Assembly (NCBI GenBank): GCA_032718475.1
Contig: JAUCBJ010001560.1
Coordinates: 1 to 64,000, forward strand
Length of the DNA: 64,000 nucleotides
Direction: 5' to 3'
DNA from: Nemertoderma westbladi
Taxonomy: Eukaryota; Animalia; Xenacoelomorpha
Shown piece by piece: positions 19,286 through 31,800 of the stretch; position 1 is the stretch's first letter; every line of letters starts with the position of its first letter. Position numbers and translations under genes: made by a program. Below the pieces are notes generated by a model. It made no database searches and was not told where the DNA came from. It saw only the letters and a program-made list of their open reading frames with translations.

Positions 19286-20587
19286 CCATGTCTTACACCT
19301 CCATGTATTATTAAAAGTTAGAAAACTAAAACTTGACGACAGGTTTGCATTAGACTCGGTAAATAGTATATCCATATTATCATGTATTATAATGTTATGG
19401 ATTTGAGAAACTGTAAATTCATCAAAACAACTGCTGTGTCTGCTTGCAAAAGATTTCATGAATTCCAATTGTTGCTCAATTTCTGATGTATGTGGTAACT
19501 TTTCTGATTTCGATTGCATCAGACTGAGTAGAATTATGCGCAGTTTATCTGGAAGTATCATTGCCTGTTCCGAAAACATGTCACGTGCTGTTGGATGGGT
19601 TACTAGTAATTGAGTGCATTTCCAAAAACCAAATAATATTCGAATCATTGAAGCTCCAACGATCCAGTTACTAGCGTTACTAATGCACATCATAGCAGAA
19701 AAGATTGCATTAGAGGCCAGTAAATTGTACAAATAATTGTTTCCACACTCTAATGAAATCTGAAAAAATGTATATATAGCAGAATAAATGAGATACTTCA
19801 ATCGATTAGGTGCTGATTTAAATATAGAAATGTTGTTACATAGTTTTATCATAATTTCCATGCTTTGACAAGCATTTATTTTCTGTTCCTCATTTAATAC
19901 GTTTGAAATCTTGTTTTTATTGGAACAACATTCCTGACGGATTAATCCCAATGTTGACAACATCCCTGCATAGTGGGATCTCATTTCCTGTAAGAGTATC
20001 CGAGGTTCCAAGGTGCTGAACAGTTTAGATGCTTCTTGATAATCTTGATGAAATGATAGCAACCCTGCTTTTATGTAGTAAACGTAATTTGTGGAATCTT
20101 TTGTGAACTCATCCATTCTCTGTTTCAACTGAGTTTCAGTTTTGTATAGTTCCTGGAGGTGTCCTCTGCCTCGCAAGCGATACATTATGCGTATCAACAT
20201 TTGACCTGGAAGTCGGAATTTAGTTGAATCATGCAGAAATTTAAAGTAGTCCAGATACCCAGTGTTATCAATAAACTGGTGGGCAATCATGACCACTCGT
20301 ATAGCGACCGCCATACATTGAACATCCTCTTCACTTTCCTGATGTTGATCAACAATTTCTCTTGCACATTTTAATGCTTGTGTAGTGTTGTCATTTTTCT
20401 GTAGAATATTATATATAACATTCACTTCTGTGGTTCCACTTCCCTTGCAGCTGTTCCACATATCGGGAAGATACTCCCATTCCTTAGTTATTGATTCCTC
20501 TATGAGTAAATGCAAGACTTCATCCAGTGTTGCATATGTGGACTTCCACTTTTGATTATGTTGCTTCTTCTCTTTTGAAAACTCCAT
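19286..20587 (-). CDS. Helical N-terminal domain of the ALPK1-like protein; the ORF runs on into the insertion to 19196
   Basis: TLDEVLHLLIEESITKEWEYLPDMW resembles human ALPK1 [33 protein letters not shown]...G.L resembles IAPQVVIR...GKL; GMLSTLGLI resembles GLSTSLGIL. Confidence 0.75.
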
Positions 20588-21222
20588 TAATTAAGCCAAC
20601 GGTAATAACTTTAATTGATAATTTAATTGTGACACCAAAATTTGGGAGAAAATATTGAAAAATGTGATAAATATTGGGAAAGGTATAGATTAAAATGAAA
20701 CACCGACTTTATTTGACAATTTCGGCAACTCGGATAGTTCCATATCAGCAGGTTTGTATATTCATTTACTTTATTGATTGATTTGAAAGTTTGACTTAAA
20801 CATAAAGATTCCAATCAGGTAAAGTTAACTATTTTTTAATCATAAATAACACAATGGTGGCTTTATAGGAATACAGTACAGAAGAATAAAAAATTACAGT
20901 TACCTTTGTAACCGAAGTTGGTGGAACAGAAATTCAATTGGGGAACGTATTTCATAAAATTCATATGTTCTCAAGATCGTCCAAACACTATACCCGTTAC
21001 TTGTGGTATGTTACTAATTTCACAAGTAGATAAAAAAATAAGAAACTAAGTACCTGCATGGTATGACTTTGGCAAATGACTACATATGGTACGAATGATA
21101 CAACTTATGGTACACCTTATGGTACATATGGTACACCTTCTGAATGAAAACACATATTTTTGTTATAAACAGAATCACCACAGCTGCAATAAAAATTTTC
21201 ATGTTTAACAATTATGTTTGTA

Positions 21223-21270
21223 TAATCCGGACGTTTCGATATAATACTTTACATCATCATCAGCGTATTA
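21223..21270 (-). ncRNA. Minimal type I hammerhead ribozyme motif (Penelope-like)
   Basis: Minus strand reads TAATACG-CTGATGA-T-GATGT(AAAGTATT)ATATC-GAAA-CG-TC-CGGATTA. Stem I has one mismatch; stem III is the palindrome ACGT. Confidence 0.65.
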
Positions 21271-21832
21271 CATATTTTTAAGTTTTAACAATACTGTTGT
21301 AAATAAAATCTTTTTAAATTGTAATCAATTTATTTTCAAGCAGTTACAGTAAATTATCCATTAAGGAAGGTAATTGTTGTAGAATATTGTAGTATATTTA
21401 ATAATTTACTAAATTGTTCTTGTTTCATTAGACTAAAACATAATGAACAGAAAATTAATAATTAATAACTTTTGCTACCGTGATATTCGTGCTCGAACAA
21501 GTAGCGTACCTCGATTGGACATGGTTATTTAATAATATTTATCACAACTGATCCAAACCTGGGGTCTTTAACTATTCGTAGTTGCCAACTAATATAATTT
21601 ACAGTGGGCCTACTAGCAATTTAACATTGTACATTTATTAAATAGCAGCCAAACCAATAACAACTTATTTAAATAAAGTAAAGATGTCAAATGTTAATTA
21701 ATATCTAATACCAAAGGCTAAGGTAAAAATATGGTTTGAAATAATATAGAGCCATTAATAATTGCAGAATAAGGAGTTAAATATATATTTTGGTCCGAAA
21801 CCTCACCTTTAAACAATTTCACCACCCCATTC

Positions 21833-24318
21833 CCTGTGGGGCGAGCCACGAAGTGAGTGAGCCTTAGCGTAGTGGTACCATTAATCAACCTGTCGTTCTG
21901 TCGTTCTGTCGTTCTGTCGTTCTGTCGTTCTGTCGTGTTCAATTTTAAACGTTAATAACTCGGCCAATCTTTGATGAAATCTATCCAAACTTGGTACACA
22001 TGTTGTTTGGCAAAAGTTTAGAAATTTTCCAAGTAGAATTTCCGTGTGGCCTTCGAGAAGCTAAGATAATAGCAGTTAATTAGTTAATTAAGTTGATTAC
22101 GGTAAAAACACCATTTTCAACCTGCCTTTTAAAGGAAATTAATTGTTTTACAGTATAAGACTTCAATAATTATACTTAAAAAATATACAGATGTAATCCG
22201 CATACTCCATTCTATTATAGTTTTTAATTAGTTCAAGTGATTTGCTTTAATAATCGTGTCTTTAATTGATCTAAAGTAATTAAACCGGCATAAAAAATGT
22301 ATTCTCATTAAATACTGCTCATTTATTGGTTAACTCAAGTTGGCTTGTTTCCCAGCAACACTTGAGGTATTCAGTCAGCCTCGCTTGTAAGAGGCAGACT
22401 GCTGCTGCTGCTGGTAGCCATCCATTCACTCACTCTCCATTGAACTGGCTGATTGGAGGTGTGTGTGTATCGGGTTCAATGACATTAATATTATTACTAA
22501 AGTAACTTCGGGATGTTAATATTCACTGGAGCTATGAGTCGAGTCTCTCTGGTTAGTTGAATGAATGAAATAAATAATTGTTTTACTGTTCCGAATATCA
22601 ATGTTTATTTCTGTAGGCCAACTTACTGTATTATTATTTAATCTAAATGTACATAATAGTTTAAATAAATTATTTCACAATTTCATTCCAATTCATACTG
22701 CTTACGCAACCATGCTAATTAGGTATATTAAATGGCAGGATTGTTTTTAATTAAAATTTTTACAGAGCAAACAAGTATATTGTATTTAACTGAAAGTTAA
22801 TTTATTTCGGTAAGTAGGCCTTGCGGTTTGTTAGTTTAGTTAGTATAATAAGTATCAAATATATTACGTGCTGCTGTACAGTAAACGCGGCTTTGCGTTA
22901 TTGAATTACAGAATTGGCGGTACAAAGTACATTAATAGGGATCAGGCATATTGCATTTATATAATTGTTGTTGTAAATGTACAATAATAAGCGCCACTTT
23001 TATTTTAGTAACTGAAATGTGTATTTCATTTGTACCTGCAACCCATTAAAAAGGGCAGCTGAACATATCGCGGACAGGCTGACTATTCACCATAACAAAA
23101 AAACCCAAATCGCCGCAGTTCCACTTACAGTTCCATATTATTCTGTTTTGCAATTCAACCCAATTTATCTGCTCTCTGCTACACGCGGTTTTATCCACGA
23201 GTTTTGTAAAGTCCCGACTTATCGGGAATGACATGAACTTAGCGTCCGGAATATTCTGAACAGATTAAATCTACTTGGCGCTGTAATACTGCATCCCGTT
23301 GTACCAGAAGTTATTAAAACATACCGGCCCCTCAAATGCGCTTGCAGTGGGTTAGAGAACAACATATACCGCCCCAGTACAACCGCTATTTTGATAAGGT
23401 CCATAATATATAATATATATATATGGTCTAACATATGATAGTTCACTAATCAGCTAATAGGCCTATTAATTCGTGAGATTTCAATTTATAAATAAAACTA
23501 ATATACGAGCTCATATGAGCTCAATTGATTGATTGATTGAAGGTATGACCGTTGTTGTGGGGGACTAGGTCTACCTGTCTAGCAGCTAATAACTCGTCCG
23601 TGGAGAGAATAATATAAGTCGAGGAACATAACGAAACGCGTTTAATTTATTTATTTATTCCAATTGGGGATGCTTTCTAACGCGGGAATGCGGTGCTATT
23701 AAACATCAACACATTCCTGCGCGTGCGTCGATATTGTGCACCCTAATACTAACAACCCACCCAGACACCCCCTAACCCTCACCCCCCCCCCCCCCCCCCC
23801 CCCATCACCCAACATTACTATGTATAGATCAATGCAGCTCAATATATTAGTAAAGGTATCGTCTGATTAGCTTTCCTACACATGACCTCTTATCCTTGTA
23901 GTTGTTTATTTATTTACACTATTTTTTGTTGAGTAAATCTTTCTGATAGGGGGGGGGGGGGGGGGGGGGACTTACTCTGGACGAGCGCAACGATTGAACG
24001 ACGCTTATAATAATTAAGACGAGTACGGCGTTGATTATATTCATATACACCACCTGGCTTTGCATATTGAACGTGCGATTGGAAATAAGTTCGTTCTACC
24101 CTTCCGTGGGTGGTAGATGTCACGGTTATGTATTGGTGGTTGAGAAGGGTGGGGGGGGGGGGGGATTAAAAGGGGTGAACACGTACTGTCCCCCTTTCTT
24201 TGATTGATTGGTGGTGTGGGTAAATTTCTCAAAACCTGATTTTGTGATACAGTCGCTTAATTTTAATTTGTATCTCATAACTGGACCTCGTGCTGCGCGA
24301 AGGCCCCACGAACGTGTT
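21833..24318. mobile_element. 2.5-kb non-autonomous element, copy 2
   Basis: Same termini (cctgtggggcgagcc...ccccacgaacgtgtt). The only visible differences are one microsatellite unit and homopolymer length. Confidence 0.85.
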
Positions 24319-24651
24319 TCTACTACCTTGACTCCTACCTGTCACCCAATCCAAACTTGTAACGTCACAACTACCGTATATCCACATCTATTTATAGAAC
24401 ATTGCTCTTCTAAATAGTTTTAGTAAGAACTTTGTAACTTAGTAACCAGATTACCACATAATCTGTATCTGACCTCCGTGGTGAAATTGCTGTGGTATAA
24501 CTAACTATATCTGTGATTCCCATGATTCCCAGTCGAAACTCTCGCCATTAAAGGATTGCGAATCTGTAATAACAATATAATGTACAGTACAGGCAGAGTA
24601 ATGAGCCACCATGGCTGGATAATCCATTTAAAGCTTTAGAGCCGAAACGAA

Positions 24652-24687
24652 ACTCTCCTGCAGGGATCGAACTCACGACCTCCGGGA
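24652..24687 (-). mobile_element. tRNA-derived SINE fragment (T-arm/B box)
   Basis: Minus strand ggaggtcgtgaGTTCGATCCctgc; no 5' half is present. Confidence 0.45.
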
Positions 24688-24723
24688 CATGTAAATTAAA
24701 GAAAAATTATGTAAGCACTACGC

Positions 24724-27700
24724 CAAGGTGGGACTTGGTGCAGTGGTAGGTAGGTGGGCTAGTCGGGGTCGATCAGGGAGTTGCAGTTACAAGGTGGGAC
24801 TTGGTGCAGTGGTTGAGGTAGGCTAGTCGGGGTAGATCAGGGTGTTACCGCTACAAGGTGGGACTTGGTGCATTGGTAGGTAGGTAGGCTAGTCGGGGTA
24901 GATCAGGGTGTTACCGCTACAAGGTGGGACTTGGTGCAGTGGTAGGTAGGTAGGCTAGTCGGGGTAGATCAGGGTGTTACCGCTACAAGATGGGTCTAGG
25001 TGCATTGGTAGGTAGGTAGGCTAGTCGGGGTAGATCAGGGTGTTACCGCTACAAGGTGGGACTTGGTGCATTGGTAGGTAGGTAGGCTAGTCGGGGTAGA
25101 TCAGGGTGTTACCGCTACAAGGTGGGACTTGGTGCATTGGTAGGTGGGTAGGCGAGTCGGGGTAGATCAGGGTGTTACAGCTACAAAGTGGGACTTGGTG
25201 CAGTGGAAGGTATGTAGGCTAGTCGGGGTAGATCAGGGTGTTACAGCTACAAAGTGGGACTTGGTGCATTAGTAGGTAGGTGGGCTAGTCGGGGTAGATC
25301 AGGGTGTTACCGCTACAAGGTGGGACTTGGTGCAGTGGTAGGTAGGTAAGCTAGTCGGGGTAGATCAGGGTGTTACCCCTACAAGATGGGACTTGGTGCA
25401 TTGGTAGGTAGGTAGGCTAGTCGGGGTTAGATCAGGGTGTTACCGCTACAAGATGGGACTTGGTGCAGTGGTAGGTAGGTAGGCTAGTCGGGGTAGATCA
25501 GGGTGTTACCGCTACAAGATGGGACTTGGTGCAGTGGTAAGTAGGTAGGCTAGTCGGGGTAGATCAGGGTGTTACCCCTACAAGATGGGACTTGGTGCAT
25601 TAGTAGGTAGGTAGGCTAGTCGGGGTAGATCAGGGTGTTACCGCTACAAGGTGGGACTTGGTGCAGTGGTTGGTAGGTAGGCTAGTCGGGGTAGATCAGG
25701 GTGTTACCGCTACAAGGTGGGACTTGGTGCAGTGGTAGGTAGATAGGCTAGTCGGGGTAGATCAGGGTGTTACCCCTACAAGATGGGACTTGGTGCATTG
25801 GTAGGTAGGTAGGCTAGTCGGGGTAGATCAGGGTGTTACCCCTACAAGATGGGACTTGGTGGAGTGGTAGGTAGGTGGGCTAGTCGGGGTCGATCAGGGA
25901 GTTGCAGTTACAAGGTGGGACTTGGTGCAGTGGTTGGTAGGTGGGCTAGTCGGGGTCGATCAGGGAGTTGCAGTTACAAGGTGGGACTTGGTGCAGTGGT
26001 TGGTAGGTAGGCTAGTCGGGGTAGATCATGGTGTTACCCCTACAAGATGGGACTTGGTGCAGTGGTAGGTAGGTGGGCTAGTCGGGGTAGATCAGGGTGT
26101 TACCGCTACAAGGTGGGACTTGGTGCAGTGGTTGGTAGGTAGGTTAGTCGGGAAAGATCAGGGTGTTACCCCTACAAGATGGGACTTGGTGCAGTGGTAG
26201 GTAGGTAGGCTAGTCGGGGTAGATCAGGGTGTTACCACTGTTACCCCTACAAGATGGGACTTGGTGCAGTGGTAGGTAGTTAGGCTAGTCGGGGTAGATC
26301 AGGGTGTTACCGCTACAAGATGGGTCTAGGTGCATTGGTAGGTAGGTAGGCTAGTCGGGGTAGATCAGGGTGTTACCGCTACAAGGTGGGACTTGGTGCA
26401 TTGGTAGGTAGGTAGGCTAGTCGGGGTAGATCAGGGTGTTACCGCTACAAGGTGGGACTTGGTGCAGTGGTAGGTAGGTAGGCTAGTCGGGGTAGATCAG
26501 GGTGTTACCGCTACAAGATGGGTCTAGGTGCATTGGTAGGTAGGTAGGCTAGTCGGGGTAGATCAGGGTGTTACCGCTACAAGGTGGGACTTGGTGCATT
26601 GGTAGGTAGGTAGGCTAGTCGGGGTAGATCAGGGTGTTACCGCTACAAGGTGGGACTTGGTGCATTGGTAGGTGGGTAGGCGAGTCGGGGTAGATCAGGG
26701 TGTTACAGCTACAAAGTGGGACTTGGTGCAGTGGAAGGTATGTAGGCTAGTCGGGGTAGATCAGGGTGTTACAGCTACAAAGTGGGACTTGGTGCATTAG
26801 TAGGTAGGTGGGCTAGTCGGGGTAGATCAGGGTGTTACCGCTACAAGGTGGGACTTGGTGCAGTGGTAGGTAGGTAAGCTAGTCGGGGTAGATCAGGGTG
26901 TTACCCCTACAAGATGGGACTTGGTGCATTGGTAGGTAGGTAGGCTAGTCGGGGTTAGATCAGGGTGTTACCGCTACAAGATGGGACTTGGTGCAGTGGT
27001 AGGTAGGTAGGCTAGTCGGGGTAGATCAGGGTGTTACCGCTACAAGATGGGACTTGGTGCAGTGGTAAGTAGGTAGGCTAGTCGGGGTAGATCAGGGTGT
27101 TACCCCTACAAGATGGGACTTGGTGCATTAGTAGGTAGGTAGGCTAGTCGGGGTAGATCAGGGTGTTACCGCTACAAGGTGGGACTTGGTGCAGTGGTTG
27201 GTAGGTAGGCTAGTCGGGGTAGATCAGGGTGTTACCGCTACAAGGTGGGACTTGGTGCAGTGGTAGGTAGATAGGCTAGTCGGGGTAGATCAGGGTGTTA
27301 CCCCTACAAGATGGGACTTGGTGCATTGGTAGGTAGGTAGGCTAGTCGGGGTAGATCAGGGTGTTACCCCTACAAGATGGGACTTGGTGGAGTGGTAGGT
27401 AGGTAGGCTAGTCGGGGTAGATCAGGGTGTTACCGCTACAAGATGGGACTTGGTGCAGTGGTAGGTAGGAAGGCTAGTCGGGGTAGATCAGGGTGTTACC
27501 GCTACAAGGTGGGACTTGGTGCAGTGGTAGGTAGGAGGGCTAATCGGGGTAGATCAGGGTGTTACCCCTACAAGATGGGACTTGGTGCAGTGGTAGGTAG
27601 GTAGGCTAGTCGGGGTAGATCAGGGTGTTACCGCTACAAGATGGCACTTGGTGCAGTGGTAGGTAGGAGGGCTAGTCGGGTTAGATCAGGGTGTTACCGC

Positions 27701-28366
27701 TACAAGGTGGGACTTGGTGCAGTGGTTGGTAGGTAGGCTAGTTGGGGTAGATCAGGGTGTTACCGCTACACGATGGGACTTGGTGCAGTGGTCGGTCGGA
27801 GGGCTAGTCGGGGTAGATCAGGGTGTTACCGCTACAAGGTGGGACTTGGTGCAGTGGTAGGTAGGTTGGCTAGTCGGGGTAGATCAGGGTGTTACCGTTA
27901 CAAGGTGGGACTTGGTGCATTGGTAGGTAGGTGGGCTAGTCGGGGTAGATCAGGGTGTTACCGATACAAGGTGGGACTTGGTGCAGTGGTAGGTAGGTGG
28001 GCTAGTCGGGGTAGATCAGGGTGTTACCGCTACAAGGTGGGACTTGGTGCAGTGGTAGGTAGGTGGGCTAGTCGGGGTAGATCAGGGTGTTACCGCTACA
28101 AGGTGGGACTTGGTGCATTGGTAGATAGGTGGGTTAGTCGGGGTAGATCAGGGTGTTACCGCTACAAGGTGGGACTTGGTGCATTGGTATGTAGGTGGGC
28201 TAGTCGGGGTAGATCAGGGTGTTACCGCTACAAGGTGGGACTTGGTGCAGTGGTTGGTAGGTGGGCAAGTCGGGGTAGATCAGGGTGTTACAGCTACAAG
28301 GTAGGACTTGGTGCATTGATAGGTAGGTGGGCTAGTCGGGGTAGATCAGGGTGTTACCGCTACAAG
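24724..28366. repeat. 66-bp G-rich satellite, ~55 units
   Basis: Unit caaggtgggacttggtgcagtggtaggtaggtaggctagtcggggtagatcagggtgttaccgcta. Confidence 0.97.
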
Positions 28367-28899
28367 TTTCCGCTATAATATGATATACACCTGAGTAGGC
28401 TTACCCGTATTTCACTTCAGGTTCAACGGAATTTTTAATATTTTCTCACGCATGATATTTTCCGGTCGTGAATTTATATTCTAGCTCTAGCCGGTATGAA
28501 ATACGGAGAAAATATAAAACAGACGGAACCAGTACGTGAGATTGATAACAGGTGGGATCCACAATGTGGTGTATTTATTAAATATAATAGTCTCGCGCAG
28601 ATGCAAAACCATGCAATTTTCTAACGCTCATATCTCACTTATTTTTCCACGAAATTAATTCAATTACATATTGGAATCCTTGCGAGGCCAGCTTTCTAAC
28701 AGTGACTATAATATTGAAGAATAACTGTGGGGTAACTGGTGCAATATCGACGGAGACCATTTTTTTAAACTTTAGTAGTAGCTAAGAATGAAAGTTATTA
28801 ACAAACAGAAACAAATTATTACTTTCCCAGATTACATAGTTTTTTGCACCAAATATTACTTAATATTAATATTAATTGGTATTTGGCCAATTGCCAATT

Positions 28900-29010
28900 T
28901 CCCCTTCAATTGGTAACAACTCAGTTTATTGTTTTGATTAGAAAAAGCGTTCTCTGTAACCTGCTCATTTCTCTCCATTTGTAACAACATCGTTTATTGT
29001 TTTGGTATGG
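28900..29010. repeat. Degenerate 1.5 units of the 68-bp repeat family found at 40851-41500
   Basis: tcaattggtaa...gtttattgttttgattagaaaa...ctctgtaacctgctcatttc. Confidence 0.7.
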
Positions 29011-29822
29011 AAATAAATATCATATCTGACTAATTGTTGTTTGCTTTTATGTGTTTTAGTCTAGTAAATGTATGTTTTGGGGATGATGTTTTAATTTTTG
29101 GGTCGACTTTATAACATTAGTTCAGATGTATTTTTTTGGTCAACAAGTAAATTATTTGGAGCGAAAAGTATGTGAAAAGTATGCCTGACCAACTAACCCT
29201 AACCAAAATAATAAACAATCTGATCAATCAATTGATTGATCTTGACAGACATCTTGACAGCCTTTATTTTATAGTTTAATCCGCCTTGTCGCAATGTTGA
29301 CATATTATGAATGTTTACCGTAATAATCGATAGGGGAGGGAGGGGGGTGGGGGGTGGGATTTATGACGTAATGTTGTGTCCGACCCTCTGAGGTACTTGA
29401 ACGCTGTGCGGTATATCGTAATCAAGAGCAATGACATCTAGATTCTGTCCACACAATGAAAATAAAATTTTAGATTGTAACGGCTTTCCATATAATTTAA
29501 ATGTTACTAAGCAATTAATAGACATTAACAATTGAAAGAAACTCAAATATAATTAAATTATAAAATATTGGTAAATTACAATTTTAAAAATAATCCGGTT
29601 AACACAGGATAATGAGAATAAATAAGGTTAATGTCTACAGCATTTGGTTCTCTTACTCTGACATGAAATCAGACCTCCTGGTAAACATATAATTTAACAA
29701 TAATTGGTTTTGATTGAGTTGAGTTAATACCTCACCACAGGCGGAAGTTAAATTCAATCATGGAGTGAATTTTGGGAAATCCTAGAGAATGTTGCAAAAT
29801 AATAAAATTTAGGTGAATTATA

Positions 29823-31800
29823 ACGGCAAGATGCTGTACACGGCGACCAATACGGATGTTTATACGGCAAGATGCTGCACACGGCGACCAATAAGGATGT
29901 TTATACGGCAAGATGCTGCACACGGCGACCAATAAGGATGTTTATACGGCAAGATGCTGCACACGGCGACCAATAAGGATGTTTATACGGCAAGGTGCTG
30001 CACACGGCGACCAAAAAGGATGTTTATACGGCAAGATGCTGCACACGGCGACCAATAAGGATGTTTATACGGCAAGGTGCTGCACACGGCGACCAATAAG
30101 GATGTTTATACGGCAAGATGATGTACACGGCGACCAATACGGATATTTATACGGCAAGCTGCTGCACACGGCGACCAATAAGGATGTTTATACGGCATGA
30201 TGCTGTACATGGCGACCAATAAGGATGTTAATACGGCATGATGCTGTACACGGCGACCAATAAGGATGTTTATACGGAAAGCTGCTGCACACGGCGACCA
30301 ATACGGATGTTTATACGGCAAGATGCTGCCGTACACGGCGACCAATAAGGATGTATATACGGCAAGCTGCTGCACACGGCGACCAATAAGGATGTTTATA
30401 CGGCAAGCTGTTGCACACGGCGACCAATACGGATGTTTATACGGCAAGATGCTGCCGTACACGGCGACCAATAAGGATGTATATACGGCAAGCAGCTGCA
30501 CACGGCGACCAATAAGGATGTTTATACGGCAAGATGATGTACACGGCGACCAATACGGATATTTATACGGCAAGATGCTGCACACGGCGACCAATAAGGA
30601 TGTTTATACGGCAAGCTGCTGCACACGGCGACCAATAAGGATGTTTATACGGAAAGATGCTGCACACGGCGACCAATAAGGATATTTATACGACAAGCTG
30701 CTGCACACGGCGACCAATAAGGATGTTTATACGGAAAGATGCTGCACACGGCGACCAATAAGGATGTTTATACGGCAAGATGATGTACACGGCGACCAAT
30801 ACGGATATTTATACGGCAAGATGCTGCACACGGCGACCAATAAGGATGTTTATACGGCAAGCTGCTGCACACGGCGACCAATAAGGATGTTTATACGGAA
30901 AGATGCTGCACACGGCGACCAATAAGGATATTTATACGACAAGCTGCTGCACACGGCGACCAATAAGGATGTTTATACGGCATGATGCTGTACACGGCGA
31001 CCAATAAGGATGTTTATACGGCAAGCTGCTGCACACGGCGACCAATACGGATGTTTATACGGCAAGATGCTGCCGTACACGGCGACCAATAATGATGTAT
31101 ATACGGCAAGCAGCTGCACACGGCGACCAATAAGGATGTTTATACGGCAAGATGCTGCACACGGCGACCAATAAGGATGTTTATACGGCAAGATGCTGTA
31201 CACGGCGACCAATAAGGATATTTATACGGCAAGATGCTGTACACGGCGACCAATAAGGATGTTTATACGGCAAGCTGCTGCACACGGCGACCAATAAGGA
31301 TGTTTATACGGCAAGATGCTGCACACGGCGACCAATACGGATGTTTATACGGCAAGATGCTGCACACGGCGACCAATAAGGATGTTTATACGGCAAGATG
31401 CTGCACACGGCGACCAATAAGGATGTTTATACGGCAAGATGCTGCACACGGCGACCAATAAGGATGTTTATACGGCAAGATGATGTACCCGGCGACCAAT
31501 AAGGATATTTAAACGGCAAGCTGCTGCACACGGCGACCAATAAGGATGTTTATACGGCATGATGCTGTACACGGCGACCAATAAGGATGTTTATACGGAA
31601 AGATGCTGCACACGGCGACCAATAAGGATGTTTATACGGCATGATGCTGTACACGGCGACCAATAAGGATATTTATACGACAAGCTGCTGCACACGGCGA
31701 CCAATAAGGATGTTTATACCGCATGATGCTGTACACGGCGACCAATAAGGATGTTTATACGGCAAGATGCTGTACACGGCGAACAATAAGGATGTTTATA
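29823..31800. repeat. 41-bp satellite A, ~48 units
   Basis: Unit acggcaagatgctgcacacggcgaccaataaggatgtttat, with occasional 44-bp variants. Confidence 0.97.

Larger units (their letters stand above)
14612..20587 (-). pseudogene. ALPK1: Intronless ALPK1-like gene interrupted by a 2.5-kb insertion and a 1-nt frameshift
   Basis: Removing 16786-19285 joins ...CKTW to TTKLLNDI... in frame. A -1 shift near 16690 is then needed to enter the kinase frame. The stop at 14612-14614 is CAA>TAA within a repeat unit. Confidence 0.72.

Noticed and set aside
14612-20587. ALPK1-like gene as Polinton cargo
   Set aside because: It lies outside the inferred ACTACT terminus; this would need revisiting only if the left TIR does not match 13740-14136.
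27773-28378. 201-aa Gly/Arg repeat ORF
   Set aside because: Arises from 66-bp satellite units that happen to lack the TAG; no independent coding evidence.
29732-31461. Multiple ORFs in satellite A
   Set aside because: Translations of a 41-bp non-triplet repeat.
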